From Octopus sinensis (lineage: Eukaryota), in NCBI RefSeq assembly GCF_006345805.1, contig NC_042998.1:161572001-161636000 (forward strand): 64,000 bases of DNA, given 5' to 3'. The position numbers were made by a program, and so were the translations under genes. Below the pieces are notes generated by a model that was not told the DNA's origin, did no database searches, and saw only the letters and a program-made list of their open reading frames with translations. This document shows, in pieces, positions 49,987-61,689 of this stretch (position 1 is its first letter; the number at the start of each line of letters is the position of its first letter).

Positions 49987-50041
49987 TCAAAATGTTCTAC
50001 ATCAAAATGTTCTACATCAAAATGTTCTACATCAAAATGTT
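49987..50041. repeat. 15-bp minisatellite (tcaaaatgttctaca) x about 3.6
   Basis: Direct reading. Confidence 0.9.
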
Positions 50042-50571
50042 TATCTAAGAGTTGGATTCTCTCTACATAATAATATATAGCTTGACTAACAGCTATTCAG
50101 ATCAGATTGTTTCAGAATAAGCTGTATACTGAATCATATATTTTCAGGGTTGCCTTTTCTTTATGTACCTGCAGCATAAATGAATTTTTGATTACCTTTT
50201 CAGTTTTTGTTCTAAACTTTTCTATTTTACCATATCTGTAATTGTGCTTCATAATATATATTTAACAAAAAATTTTAATCTATGATCTTTAAGATTAAAT
50301 TTCATTAAACTAAAGAAAGTTGGACGAGTTTCCTGTTATTATTTATTCTCAAGATAGTCCTGACTGTGCAATTTTTTGTTTAAAAAGGTATTCTACTTTT
50401 ACCAAACACATATCCAGTAATTTTTTTAGAAAGTAGGGCATAATTTACCAAATATTTAGCTGTTTTTTTCAAGCAGGCTGAATGATCATATTGACGCTTC
50501 CTCACTGGATCATCCATTTGTTTTATTTACTTCAAGATGCCATGACTAATTGTTTTTTCTTGTATTACAGA

Positions 50572-50786
50572 TTAACTCTTTTGATATCATATTTCTTTTG
50601 GAACACTCTGCCTTTATTTCAGTTAAATTTTGAAATAATGAAGAGTTTAGTAAATAAAAATTGATTAGGCTGGTGTTTAGAACATAGATTAACATGAAAT
50701 TTTGATGGAAGGTTTTTATAAAGATAATTTTAAACAGGAAATTTATAAAATAGAACAAGGGGTGGTCTCAGGTACCAAAAGGTTAA
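50572..50786. mobile_element. TTAA-flanked (piggyBac-type) MITE, family D
   Basis: TTAActcttttgatatc ... ggtaccaaaaggTTAA imperfect TIRs; related to 58391-58617 in the opposite orientation. Confidence 0.65.
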
Positions 50787-50879
50787 TAATTATTAAGTTG
50801 CAGTTCTATATTTAAGAGATGAAGAATTATGTACATTATTTACATTTGACGAATATTTGTCCTCATCTTGTTTGTTGTT

Positions 50880-50925
50880 AACACAACGTTTTGGCTGATA
50901 CACCCTCCAGCTTTCATCAAGTGTC
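50880..50925 (-). ncRNA. Degenerate minimal type-I hammerhead ribozyme motif
   Basis: GACAC-tTGATGA-A-aGCTG gagggtgtat CAGCC-aAA-ACGT-T-GTGTT: stem I, stem II and palindromic ACGU stem III present; C3 and G12 are mutated. Confidence 0.7.
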
Positions 50926-50978
50926 TTGGGGAAATTTCGAACCTGGGTTTTCATTCCTAAGGTATTTTTCGATGTGGT

Positions 50979-51023
<45 letters not shown>

Positions 51024-51065
51024 TATGATAATAATAATAATAATAATAATAATTATTATTATTAC

Positions 51066-51101
<36 letters not shown>

Positions 51102-51181
51102 CATTATTATTATTATTCAGGTCACTGCCTGGAATCGAACTTGGAATCTTAACCACTATGCCAGGTTTGAAATTTCCCCAA

Positions 51182-51224
51182 GTCACCTGATGAAGGCTAG
51201 AAGGTATATCAGCCGAAACATGTT
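51182..51224 (+). ncRNA. Minimal type-I hammerhead ribozyme motif (core intact, stems I and III damaged)
   Basis: gtcac-CTGATGA(51187-51193)-A-GGCT...AGCC-GAAA(51215-51218)-catgtt. Confidence 0.7.
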
Positions 51225-51349
51225 AACAACAAACAAGATGAGGACAAATATTCATCAAATGTAAATAATGTAAATAATGTACAAATTATTAAGTTGGTAC
51301 CAATAAGGTTAATAATTACCACTTTGAGTTTTCTTGATATCATTATGTA

Positions 51350-53390
51350 ACAACACAGCATGTGTTCTTCCATGCTCCAGTCTCATGCATACTCTTATGT
51401 AGAAGACTCAACATTTAGAAAACTACTCAAATGATCTAATTTCAAACATTCTTTGAACTATTTCTTTCATAGATCCTCACCACCACAAATTCACTCCTTT
51501 TCCCTGTGTGCCCCTTCCTTGTTTATACAATTTCAAGTGTATTTATTCTACACAGATAAGCCAATGCCCTTGATACTTTCAGAGCTCTCTTTTGATTTAC
51601 TTTTTGTAAACTTATATCACACACACCAATGGACTACATTCAGCTATGACAGGTATTTATTTGTGGTATTCACCCTCAATGTTACAGAGACATACATCAG
51701 GACATATTTTACACATACTTCTGGTGTACTCATAGTTTTAGTTCCTTGTTAATTTGCCAACAATCCTTTTTGTATAGTCATTATTTTACTATCTATATAT
51801 GAAGACCCTATCTATTCCCTTCCTGTTCTGAAAATAAATACCACTTCTTATAAAAGCTAGTCTTCAAAATGTTAGTGTGCATATCTTTTGACTGAAACCC
51901 ACTTTGTATGCTTAGGGCTTCTTTTTACAGTTCTTTAATTAATTCATACATTGATCTACAAGTAAGAAAATTACATCCATAAGTAGTTCCTTTACTCCCA
52001 AATGCCAGGGTGTAAGAACCCAAAGAACACTCTAAAGAACTAAAAAGCCAAGAGAAACCCAGTGTCTTTGGGTTTCTTTTAGTCAACAAATATAAAATAA
52101 ATGTTTGTTTATGTCTTCTGCTACATAGCACAAGTCCAAAGTACATCTCAGCCAATTCATTTCTCTTTTTCTCTTTCTTGGCTATCATTTTTTTGCTACT
52201 ATTTTCATATTTTCAATTTAATTTATTTAATTTGAACCCAGTACAATTTATATCCTCTTCATATTTTTCTGAAGCAGTTGCTATTGATGTTATTGCATCA
52301 ATCATCAAGGACAATCATCTCCACATCAATTGCTATGTCATGTAACACTAACTCATGCTGATTTTAGCAATTCTGCAAATTTTCTTTTTGTTCTTGTTCT
52401 TATATTTTATGTTATTTATTGTTTTTCAGATTATCCCTCATCTGACATCCATAGTTAGACTCTCTGTTGGCATGACTAGGAATAGGTGTTCTTGATCTCA
52501 TTCATACTTCTTGTTCAGTAAACTCACAGTGACATTCCTATGCATCATTAACACTGAACTTAATTTCAACATTTATTTTGGGGAAATATCTGTCCATATG
52601 TGTATTATAATTCATTCTGGTAGCTCACTGATACCTCCTTTTTCTTCCTTCAGAAACTGATATTTAGCTTCCTCCTAAGCTTTATGATATAGTTTTGTGT
52701 TACACTCTATTTTCTACTTTTTCAAAACCTATTACATATCTCCCAGAATCTTACATATGGTGGCACTATTCCATTATTGAATTGCCCACTTTTTTTTTTA
52801 CAGAACTAGATGGTAATTTGAATTAGGCCATCTTTTAAGGAGATCCAGCTGTCTTTTAGCTGTTATTTGAATTCAATAGCTCCTATTTTCTATTGATATA
52901 AGCATTTATTGTGTCACATAAAACTGCATCAATAAATCTTCTAATCTCCAAATCTCCCATTTTATAATTCTGATCTTTCACCTGGTTTTTAATCTTTTCA
53001 GTTTAAACTATACAAACACAAATCTGTTAGGAGAAATTCTTCTCCATTGATAAAAACCATTTCCATAATAATTTATCTGTCACTCATCTGGTCAGAACAA
53101 AACTGAACCAGTGGGTTAGCTTTTCTAAAGTTTGTCTTACCAATGATAAATTCATTTGTGTCACAGCCTACTTTGATCTTTGCATCATAACCAAAACCTC
53201 TATGGTCAGCACTTTATATGCCCCCCTATGTCTCCTGACATGAACTTTATACTCACTTACAATTTAGTCAGATGTCATCTATATCTGAAGTAATTCTTAT
53301 TAAGGTTTTATAAATGGTGAATCCTTCAGCATGTCTTTTACTACTATTTCTTGGATGTATGCAGAAACAAGTGCAGTAATTTTAAAGAAT
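51350..53390 (-). mobile_element. Very old LINE remnant (APE endonuclease-like motifs at the right end)
   Basis: Minus-strand pieces ITALVSAY and GFGYDAKIKVG.D.NEFIIGK.N resemble SAYAP and GDFNA.VG motifs. Many stops; boundaries uncertain. Confidence 0.4.
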
Positions 53391-53516
53391 CATAATTGCA
53401 TATTTTACACTTCATCGGTTATACAACTTATCTACAATTATGCTTTGAATAAACCACCAACAATATAACTGTATGCATTGTTTTAAAAATATAATGCACC
53501 AAGGAGAACTTATACC

Positions 53517-53715
53517 TTACTCTTTTACTTTTTTACTTGTTTCAGTCATTTGACTGTGGCCATGCTGGAGCACCGCCTTTAGTTGAGCACATTGACCCCA
53601 GGACTTATTCTTTGTAAGCCAAGTACTTATTCTATCGCTCTCTTTTGCCAAACTGCTAAGTTACGGGGACGTAAACACACCAGCATCAGTTGTCAAGTGC
53701 ACACACACACACACA

Positions 53716-53780
<65 letters not shown>

Positions 53781-53944
53781 CGATGGGCTTCTTTCAGTTT
53801 CTATCTACCAAATCCACTCGTAAGGTTTTGGTTGACCTGAGGCAATAGTAGAAGACACTTGCCCAAAGTGCCACGCAGTAGGACTGAACCCGGAACCATG
53901 TAGTTCGTAAGCAAGCTACTTACCACATAGCCACTCCTACGCCT
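53517..53944 (-). mobile_element. SINE family A, full length
   Basis: Near-consensus head, body and tail, with an expanded internal (CA)n(TA)n. Confidence 0.9.
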
Positions 53945-54418
53945 ATATATATATATATATATATATATATGTTAATATATATCGTTAATATTTACTAAAT
54001 AATGGCATTTAAAATGTAATGAAGGTATCAAAATGTTAAACAAATTGAGTGATCCTTGCAAAAAGAGAATAATTTGGAATGATTACAGGAAATTATGGAG
54101 ATGATTAACTTTTCCAGATGGTGCCCACCATGGCTGCAGTCCAATGATTAAAACAAGTAACAGTGTAAAAGTGTATATACAAGAGGGAAATATATGCATT
54201 TATTGACACTTGTGAGATGAAGTGATTTATGTTTAAAGCCAGGTGTAAGGCTAAGAATTTGTGTCACAATTGTATGGTTTTTAGGTTCAGTCTTATCAAT
54301 TGGCATCTCGGATAAGTGCCTATTATTCTAGCCTTGGGCTTACCAATGTCTTGAAAGTGAAACTGACAGATGGAAACTTAAACGCATCATGTTGCATGTG
54401 CACTCATGTGTATACAAC

Positions 54419-54628
54419 TTTTACTTGTTTCAGTCATTTGACTGCGGCCATGCTGGAGCACTGCCTTGAAGGGATTTTTAGTTGAACTATTTGACCCAAA
54501 GACTTGATTTCTTAAGCTTAGTACTTATTCTATCAGACCCTTTTGCTGACCTGCTCAGTTATGAGTATGTAAACACACCAACATTAGTTGTCAAATGGTG
54601 GTGATGGTGGGAAAACACTGACATAAAG

Positions 54629-54665
<37 letters not shown>

Positions 54666-54820
54666 ATGGGCTTCTTCCATTTTCCATCTTCCAAATCCAC
54701 TCACAAGGCTTTGGTCGACCCAAGGCTATAGTAGAAGACACTAGCCCAAGGTGCTGCATAGTGAAACTGAACCTGGAACCATGTGTTTGGGAAGCAAGCT
54801 TCTTACTACACAACCACACC
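54419..54820 (-). mobile_element. SINE family A, full length
   Basis: ttttacttgtttcagtcatttgactgcggccatgctggagcac...gcaagcttcttactacacaaccacacc. Confidence 0.85.
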
Positions 54821-55476
54821 TGATGTTTGTGTCTTTTTCTGTATGTGCATGTATGTGTATGCTTGTATGTGTTTGTCATTAAGTTGAGACTGCCTGAAAA
54901 GACAGTCTCTGTTTGTGTCCTGCAGCTTAGTGGATCAACAAAGAAAGATCGATATGATATAACTGTCAAAGTATCAGGATTAATAGTTCTTTATTGTTTT
55001 CTCCATGAAAGTGTGAAGATTAAGATTTTTAATGAAATAAAAATGGAAATTGTTTCAAGTTGTTCTCAATTCTGAATGTATCTTTATTTCATATCTTTTA
55101 TGAGTAATTTTTGTCTACCAAATTTACTCACAAGGCATTAGTCAACTGACAGCTCTAGTTGAAGATACTTGTGCAAGGTGCTACCAGTGGGAGTGTACTT
55201 GAGATCACATGATTGCAAAGCGAGCTTTTTGACCACAGCCATATCTGCCCCAATGCTATATAGAATATTTTTAAATGCCATTATGCCACTTTATTTCAGT
55301 TCATAGTAACAGTAAAGTAAAACATTCCTAATTATCAAGTCAGTTTTGAGAGTCAGTGTTCAGTTCAGGTTTCAGAACTTAAGTAGATGAAAAGCAAATC
55401 TTAAACAAGATAGAAAAAAATTCTTTGGAAGCAACATTCCTACATGAAGAGGTTAATTGGTGATTGTAAGAACTAA

Positions 55477-55781
55477 GTTTTGCTTGTTCCTTCTCGAGCC
55501 ATGCCTGGCTCATAAGGGCTGGTTTCCAAGTTTCCTTGGCATATAGGTTCTCCACCTGGATGGGACACTGGTCCATCACAGTTGAGCTGCAAGATGCAGG
55601 AGAAAAGAGTGAGAGAAAGTTGTAGTGAAAGAGTCAGCAGAGGTTTGCCATTACCTTCTGCCAGAGTTGCGTGGAGCTTAGTTGTTTCACACATAAACAC
55701 ACACATCGCCTGGTCTGAGATTCGAACCTGTGATCCCTCAACCATGAGTTCGCTGCTCTAACCACTAGGCCAAGTGCCACC
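55477..55781 (-). mobile_element. tRNA-derived SINE family F, full length
   Basis: Minus: A-box tggcctagtgg (55772-55762), B-box ggttcgaatc (55728-55719), body shared with 35787-35964. Confidence 0.85.
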
Positions 55782-58390
55782 ATGTAAGAACTAAGTACAG
55801 AGTATCAAAAGCATTGGTATATGTAATTAGGAACTTCTCTTTTAGATATTGTTTCCTATGGTTAGGCTTGAGTAATTGGTTTGCAGGGGTGGCTGTATGG
55901 CTGGAAGTTTGCTTCCCAGCCATGTGGTTTTGGGGTTCAGTCCCACTGTGTGGTATCTTGGACTAGAGTCTTCTACTCTTGCCCTGGGCTGATCGAATGC
56001 TTGTGAAAAGATTTGGTAGATGGAAACTGAAAGTAATTTATAGTTTTTATACAATATCCTACAGAAACATGTCTGGTCATGGAGAAATATTATATTGCTT
56101 AGAAACAGGCTGGGGTTGGTGACAGAGAGTGCATTAGGCCATAACAAATCTGTCTCAATAAATTCTGTTAGTCTCATGTAAGCATGAAAAAGTAGATGTT
56201 GAAACAATGATAATGATGCATTTTTATTTCAGTCACTCCTGTAATTAATAAGGAGCAGTAAATAAATGAATAACTAACCACCTCTGTCCAACCATGTGCC
56301 AATGAATTAGCCTCCATGTAATCATTCAAACTACATAGAAACAGCATCTAAATCTTTCTCAAATTACACTCTACTGTCTTAAAAAAACCGCACATATTGT
56401 GTAATGAGCTCCTACTCCTCCTACAAGTAGGAAAAAGAAGGGATGGTCATGGCTGGAATTATTTTGATCTTGGATTTGCTTAGCCAGTATTGACCCAAAG
56501 CTAAACAATAATAACAACAATAGTATTTCAACCAGTTGGCTATGCTTATAATTTTATAAGTGTTGCCTTACAAAATCCAGTAAAAATCATCTCAACTACA
56601 TTTTTCAAATTGAAATTCTAAATTAATGTAGCGAGACAGTTTCAAATACAGGCTTTGAACAGATAAAAGGAAACTGGATTATCTAGCATGTCCACAGATA
56701 TAAAGCTTCAGTTTTGAGAATAAATCTCTGAAGATAATTCCTGTCAAATATTATGGGTTTTATTCAAATCTATAACAGCTAATTTTATTTCTTCATTTTC
56801 TTATTGATTTATTTTTTCATGTACATCTTAAGGGATGGAAGATTTTAAAAGAGACATACATATTAAAACATTCAAATTATACAAAAGATAAATCAAGAAT
56901 CCAACTAAAGAATCAAATATTAAACTTCTACTCATGTGTAGAAATATTTCTTTTTCTTAAAAAAATATAAATATATACATATATAAAGAAAACCCAAAAG
57001 AAAGAATTACAATAGAACTGTTTGTTCTCGGTCATGTTATCTTACAATGTTTTATATCCTTGATACATAATTTTATCTGACTTCTTGTCGATGATACACA
57101 CAAATCTTTAATGTCTTAGTGTCATATACAATGTCTTTATGTTCTTAAATCTATGAAAGTTTTCAATATACTAAACAAACAACAAAAAGGATAAAAATGG
57201 AAATTTACTGGGAAATAAAATAACATGCATCTACAAGAAAAGAAAAAAAAAATGTTTTTGAAGGAAAACAAAATGGAGAAAGTAATTTTTATTTTATCTC
57301 CAACAAAATTAAATAAAGAAAACAACAAAATGAAAGAGAAATAAATGTGAATGCTACAAGAAAGATATTCCCTTGATTTTGTTCCCTTTGTCAACGGATG
57401 TGTGCAGGCAGATAGTTTCTCTGTGATTGTGTTGCCTAAAACAGCATAAATGAAGTTTTTCTAATGGAAGGAGCAGCAGAGATTGAGCTATCAAGACTTC
57501 TTCAGCTGTTGTTCAATGAAAAGTCGATTTAGTTCCGTCTTTTACTCATGCACACACTTATATACATTTGTATAGGCAGATACTGATACTTACATATTCT
57601 TCACATATACTAAACAGATAGACATAAACTCATTCTTTTTGAATTGTTTTTCCCTCTTTTATTTATGTTTTTCACAGTTGGTTTGTCATTTTATTGATTC
57701 ATAAATCAAGAGATAAATAGGATTTAAAAAAAAATATGTTCATGTACACACATAAAATATACATTCATGTATGTATGCACATACATATATGGATATTCAT
57801 ATTTATATGTGTGTATTTCTATTTACATTTCTGTATTTTTATTATTTAAGTATTTCACGCCCCCTTGGTTTCATCTCCATAAGAATATAAAATATAATAT
57901 CTTCCCCATAACATGAAAAAGCTGCAGCATTTTCATAAGATATACAAAAAATAAATAAAACATGTATGACAGAAAGAGGGAAAATAAGAAATTTAGGAAA
58001 AAATATAGTTTTATTTCATCCTTTATCAATTTTTAATTTCTTATTTCATTTTCTTTTGTCATGTTTATAATCTGAGCTACGGAGTGGATTCTAATTGCTC
58101 TCTTAAATATGAATGTCAAAAATGTCAGCATCCAACCACTGAAAGAATATTTCCTAATAGGAGTTACTGAGTTGACATACAGAGAATCTATGTAATGCTT
58201 TCAGTTTGTCTTGAGAGACAGCTCTGTCTATCTGTCTGTCTATCTGCTTCTCTTTCTTTCTGTTTCTCTGTCTGTCTGTCTCTCTTAAACAAACACAAAC
58301 ACTCTCTCTTTCTTGTACACACACTTCACTGAAACCTTTAAGCTCTATTTCTAGCACTGTCAAAATTCATGATTTAAATACTACTTAAGT

Positions 58391-58617
58391 TTAACCTTGT
58401 TGATACCAACCTGCCTGATACTGCTATTTGCTCTATGATACAAACTTCCTGTTTCAACGTGATCTAAGTTAAAACGTTGCATCATAATTTCCTGTTAATT
58501 TATATTCTAAACACTGGCTTAATACTAACAAAGTTATCATACTTAATTCTTTATTATTTTGAAAATTAATTGGAACAGGCTCAATGTACTTGTATTTCGA
58601 CAGAGATGTGTGGGTAA
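58391..58617. mobile_element. TTAA-type MITE family D, diverged
   Basis: TTAAccttgttgatacc...; internal aacttcctgttt, ttctaaacac and ttattatttt.aaaatt blocks match the reverse complement of 50572-50786. Confidence 0.55.
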
Positions 58618-58708
58618 ATATAATTTTTTTAGGTGTTCTAAACAGTATCTTTAGTTATCTCAGGATATTTACTCTATGCCAGTTTCTGAACTCAAATCTA
58701 ATGATGTA

Positions 58709-59151
58709 ACTCTTTTTACTCTTTTTACTTGTTTCAGTCATTTGATTGTGGCCATGCTGGAGCACCGGCTTTAGTCGAGCAAATCGACCCCAGGACTTAT
58801 TCTTTATAAGCCAAGTACTTATTCTATTGGTCTCTTTTGCCAAGCCGCTAAGTTATGGGGATGTAAACACACCAGCATCGGTTGTCAAGCGATGTTGGGC
58901 GGGGTGGGGGTGGGGGACAAACACAGACACACAAACATATACACACACATACATACATACATATATATATATATACATACATATATACGATGGGCTTCTT
59001 TCAGTTTCCATCTACAAAATCCACTCACAAGGCTTTGGTCGGCCTGAAGCTATAGTAGAAGATACTTGGTCAAGGTGTCACGCAGTGGGACTGAACCTGG
59101 AACCATGTGGCTGGTAAGCAAGCTACTTACCACACAGCCACTCCTATGCCT
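58709..59151 (-). mobile_element. SINE family A, full length, near consensus
   Basis: Complete head, core, internal microsatellite and (tttttactc) tail. Confidence 0.92.
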
Positions 59152-59707
59152 ATATAAGTTAATTTGTTTTTTAGATGTAGCATCAATCAAAATATAAACT
59201 TTTTATAAGTGCCTTCTACTATAGGCCTGGGCCAGCCAAAGCCTTATGGATGGATTTGATAGGTGGAAACTAAAAGAAGCTTGCTGTGTGTGTATGTCTT
59301 TTTGTTGGTTTGTTTGCATCCTTTTCATCCTTTTTAGGTTGATCAATTGAAGTACTAGTTATGTACTGACGTCAATGTTTTTGACTTACTACTCTCACCA
59401 GATTGCTATACTAAAGTATAGTTAGTCCATGCCAATGACTCCCACAGAATGTAAAGCAAAGCTGACATTGCCCGATATATATATATATATATATATGCAT
59501 GGCTATAAGCACACACATGGTTATTGGTGCAGGTATGGCTGTGTGGTTAAGAAACATGCTTTGCAACCACATGGATTTGAGTTCAGTATCACTGCATGAT
59601 ACCTTTGGCAAATGTTTTCTACTATATCCCAAGCCTATCTAATATCTTGTGAGTGAATTTGATATATAGAAACTGTGTGGAAGCCCATCATATATGTATG
59701 TGTGTGT

Positions 59708-59767
<60 letters not shown>

Positions 59768-59865
59768 CGGAGTAAACACATAAATGTGAAACAAGGTGGA
59801 AAAAAGAGTACTCAAATACCAGTGGTAGAGTAATATGCTTTATTTAAGCAGCAGAAAATTCAACA

Positions 59866-59910
59866 AAATCTGTTACTCTGAGTTTCTCGTTGCCGTTCAT
59901 CAGACAGTTT
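59866..59910 (-). ncRNA. Minimal type-I hammerhead ribozyme motif (mirror copy)
   Basis: Exact reverse complement of 59922-59966. Confidence 0.75.
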
Positions 59911-59921
59911 TTGCTAGAAAT

Positions 59922-59966
59922 AAACTGTCTGATGAACGGCAACGAGAAACTCAGAGTAACAGATTT
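59922..59966 (+). ncRNA. Minimal type-I hammerhead ribozyme motif
   Basis: Stem I aaactgt/acag(a)ttt, CTGATGA (59929-59935), stem II a-cg-GCAA-cg-a, GAA, stem III ACTC-a-GAGT, GUA cleavage triplet (59956-59958). Confidence 0.75.
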
Positions 59967-60271
59967 TGTTGAATTTTCTGCTGCTTTAAATAAAGTATAT
60001 ATATATATATTATTATATATATATATATATATAAATTCTCTCTAAATGTATTTTTTTTTATTGTCAAATACTCTGAATTTCTCGAAATTCTACCAAAGGA
60101 TATTTGGATTTACCTGTCTTGCATGAGGATTTACCTTGGATGTAGAGTCTACTTACATTTACTGATGTCTAATTGTTGAATATTGTTAAACAAATTCTTT
60201 TAAAACTGAGTGCCTTATTGATATCTGCCTGAATTTTTAATCCCTTTTTTACTTCTAATTATATATATATA

Positions 60272-60840
60272 TTCTTTTATTTGTTTCAGTGAGTTGACTG
60301 CAGCCATGCTGGAGCACTACCGTTAGTTGAACAAATCGACCCCAGGACTTATTCTTTGTAAGCTTAGTATTCATCGACCTCTTTTGTTGAATGGGTAAGT
60401 TACAGAAACGTAAGCACACCACTGTTGGTTATCAAGTGATGGTGGGGGTACAAATACAGACACAGAAACATATACATATATATTATTTATATGATAGGCT
60501 TCTTTCAGTTTCCGTCTACTAAATCCACTCACAGGGTTTTGGTTGGCCCCAAGGCTATAGTAGAAGACACTTGCCCATGGTGCCACACAGTGGGACTGAC
60601 CTGGAATCATGTGGCTGGGAAGCAAGCTTCTTATCATAAAGTCGGGTTTGACTCCTTCACTGTTTGACAACTGGTGTTTGTTTGTTTATATTCCAATAAC
60701 TTAGTTTGGCAAAAGAGACTTATGGCATAAGTACCAGACAAAAAATAAGCACTGGAGTTAATCCATTCAACTAAAATCCTTCCAAGTGGTGCCTTTGCAT
60801 GGCTGGTTGCAGTCCATGGGTTGAAACAAGTAAAAAGTAA
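60272..60840. mobile_element. SINE family A full copy (-, 60272-60636) followed by a 3' half (+, about 60650-60840)
   Basis: Tail motifs gtttcagt...gactgcagccatgctggagcac on the left and gcatggctgg..gcagtc...gaaacaagtaaaaagtaa on the right. Confidence 0.8.
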
Positions 60841-61070
60841 AAATTGTTATAAAAAAAATAAAATGAAAAATAAATGAGAATTTTAATGAGTTCATATCAA
60901 TTAATTTTGTCATTGAAAATTAAATAATATTTTGAGAAGGTTTAGTGTATGGATATGTTGAATTGCTTTTCCTGGTAACTAATAAATCAAGCAAATAATG
61001 ATGTCGGACTAAGTGAAGATAGTGACTGTTATCTATGTAAATTGTTAACATTATAGAAAACAATAGTTTA

Positions 61071-61301
61071 TTCTTTTACTTGTTTCAGTCATTTGACTGC
61101 GGCCATACTGGAGCAACACCTTAAAGGGCTTTTAGTCAAAGAAATCAACCCCAGGACTTATTCTTCATAAACCTAGTACTTATTCTATTGGTCCCTTTTG
61201 CCAGACTGCTAAGTTACAGAGAGGCAAACACATCAATATTGGGCTTCAGGTGATGGTAGATAGTTGTGTGTGTGTGGGGGGGGGAGACAGATATACACAC
61301 G

Positions 61302-61395
<94 letters not shown>

Positions 61396-61556
61396 GTACA
61401 ATGGGCCTCTTTCAGTTTCTGTCTACTAGATCCACTCACAAGGCTTTCGTTGGCTCAAGGCTATAGTAGAAGACACTTGCCCAAGGTGACATGCAGTGGG
61501 ACTGAATCCGGAAGAATGTGGTTGGGAAGCAAGCTTCTTACCACACAGTCACACCT
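61071..61556 (-). mobile_element. SINE family A, full length with large internal (CT)n(TA)n expansion
   Basis: Standard tail and head flanking about 110 bp of microsatellite. Confidence 0.88.
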
Positions 61557-61689
61557 TAGCCCATATATTTATATCTCTTATATATATTTGCGTATATACA
61601 CATTATGTATATATAATGTATTAATATATTTATATACATATATATTGAAGCTGGTTGTGCTTGCTTAGCCCAGCTTATTAAAAAAGATT

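Larger units (their letters stand above)
50801..51283 (-). mobile_element. tRNA-headed, hammerhead-tailed SINE-like element with inverted duplicate tail and 13-bp TSD
   Basis: TSD aattattaagttg at 50788-50800 and 51284-51296. Minus strand: A-box tggcatagtgg (51163-51153), B-box gttcgattcc (51140-51131), (AAT)n/(ATT)n linker, hammerhead-bearing body down to 50801. An inverted copy of the body lies at 51161-51283. Confidence 0.8.
59765..60000 (-). mobile_element. Non-autonomous Penelope-like/retrozyme-like element: hammerhead monomer with inverted duplicate, inserted in (TA)n
   Basis: Palindrome 59833-59910 / 59922-60000 (1 substitution and 1 indel; 11-nt spacer centred on ctag). The long arm continues as a unique tail with aataaa to 59765. 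(TA)n on both flanks. Confidence 0.85.

Noticed and set aside
55700-55781. tRNA gene calls for tRNA-like segments (also 30149-30220, 46560-46630, 51131-51163)
   Set aside because: They are SINE heads attached to repeated bodies and do not fold into complete cloverleaves.
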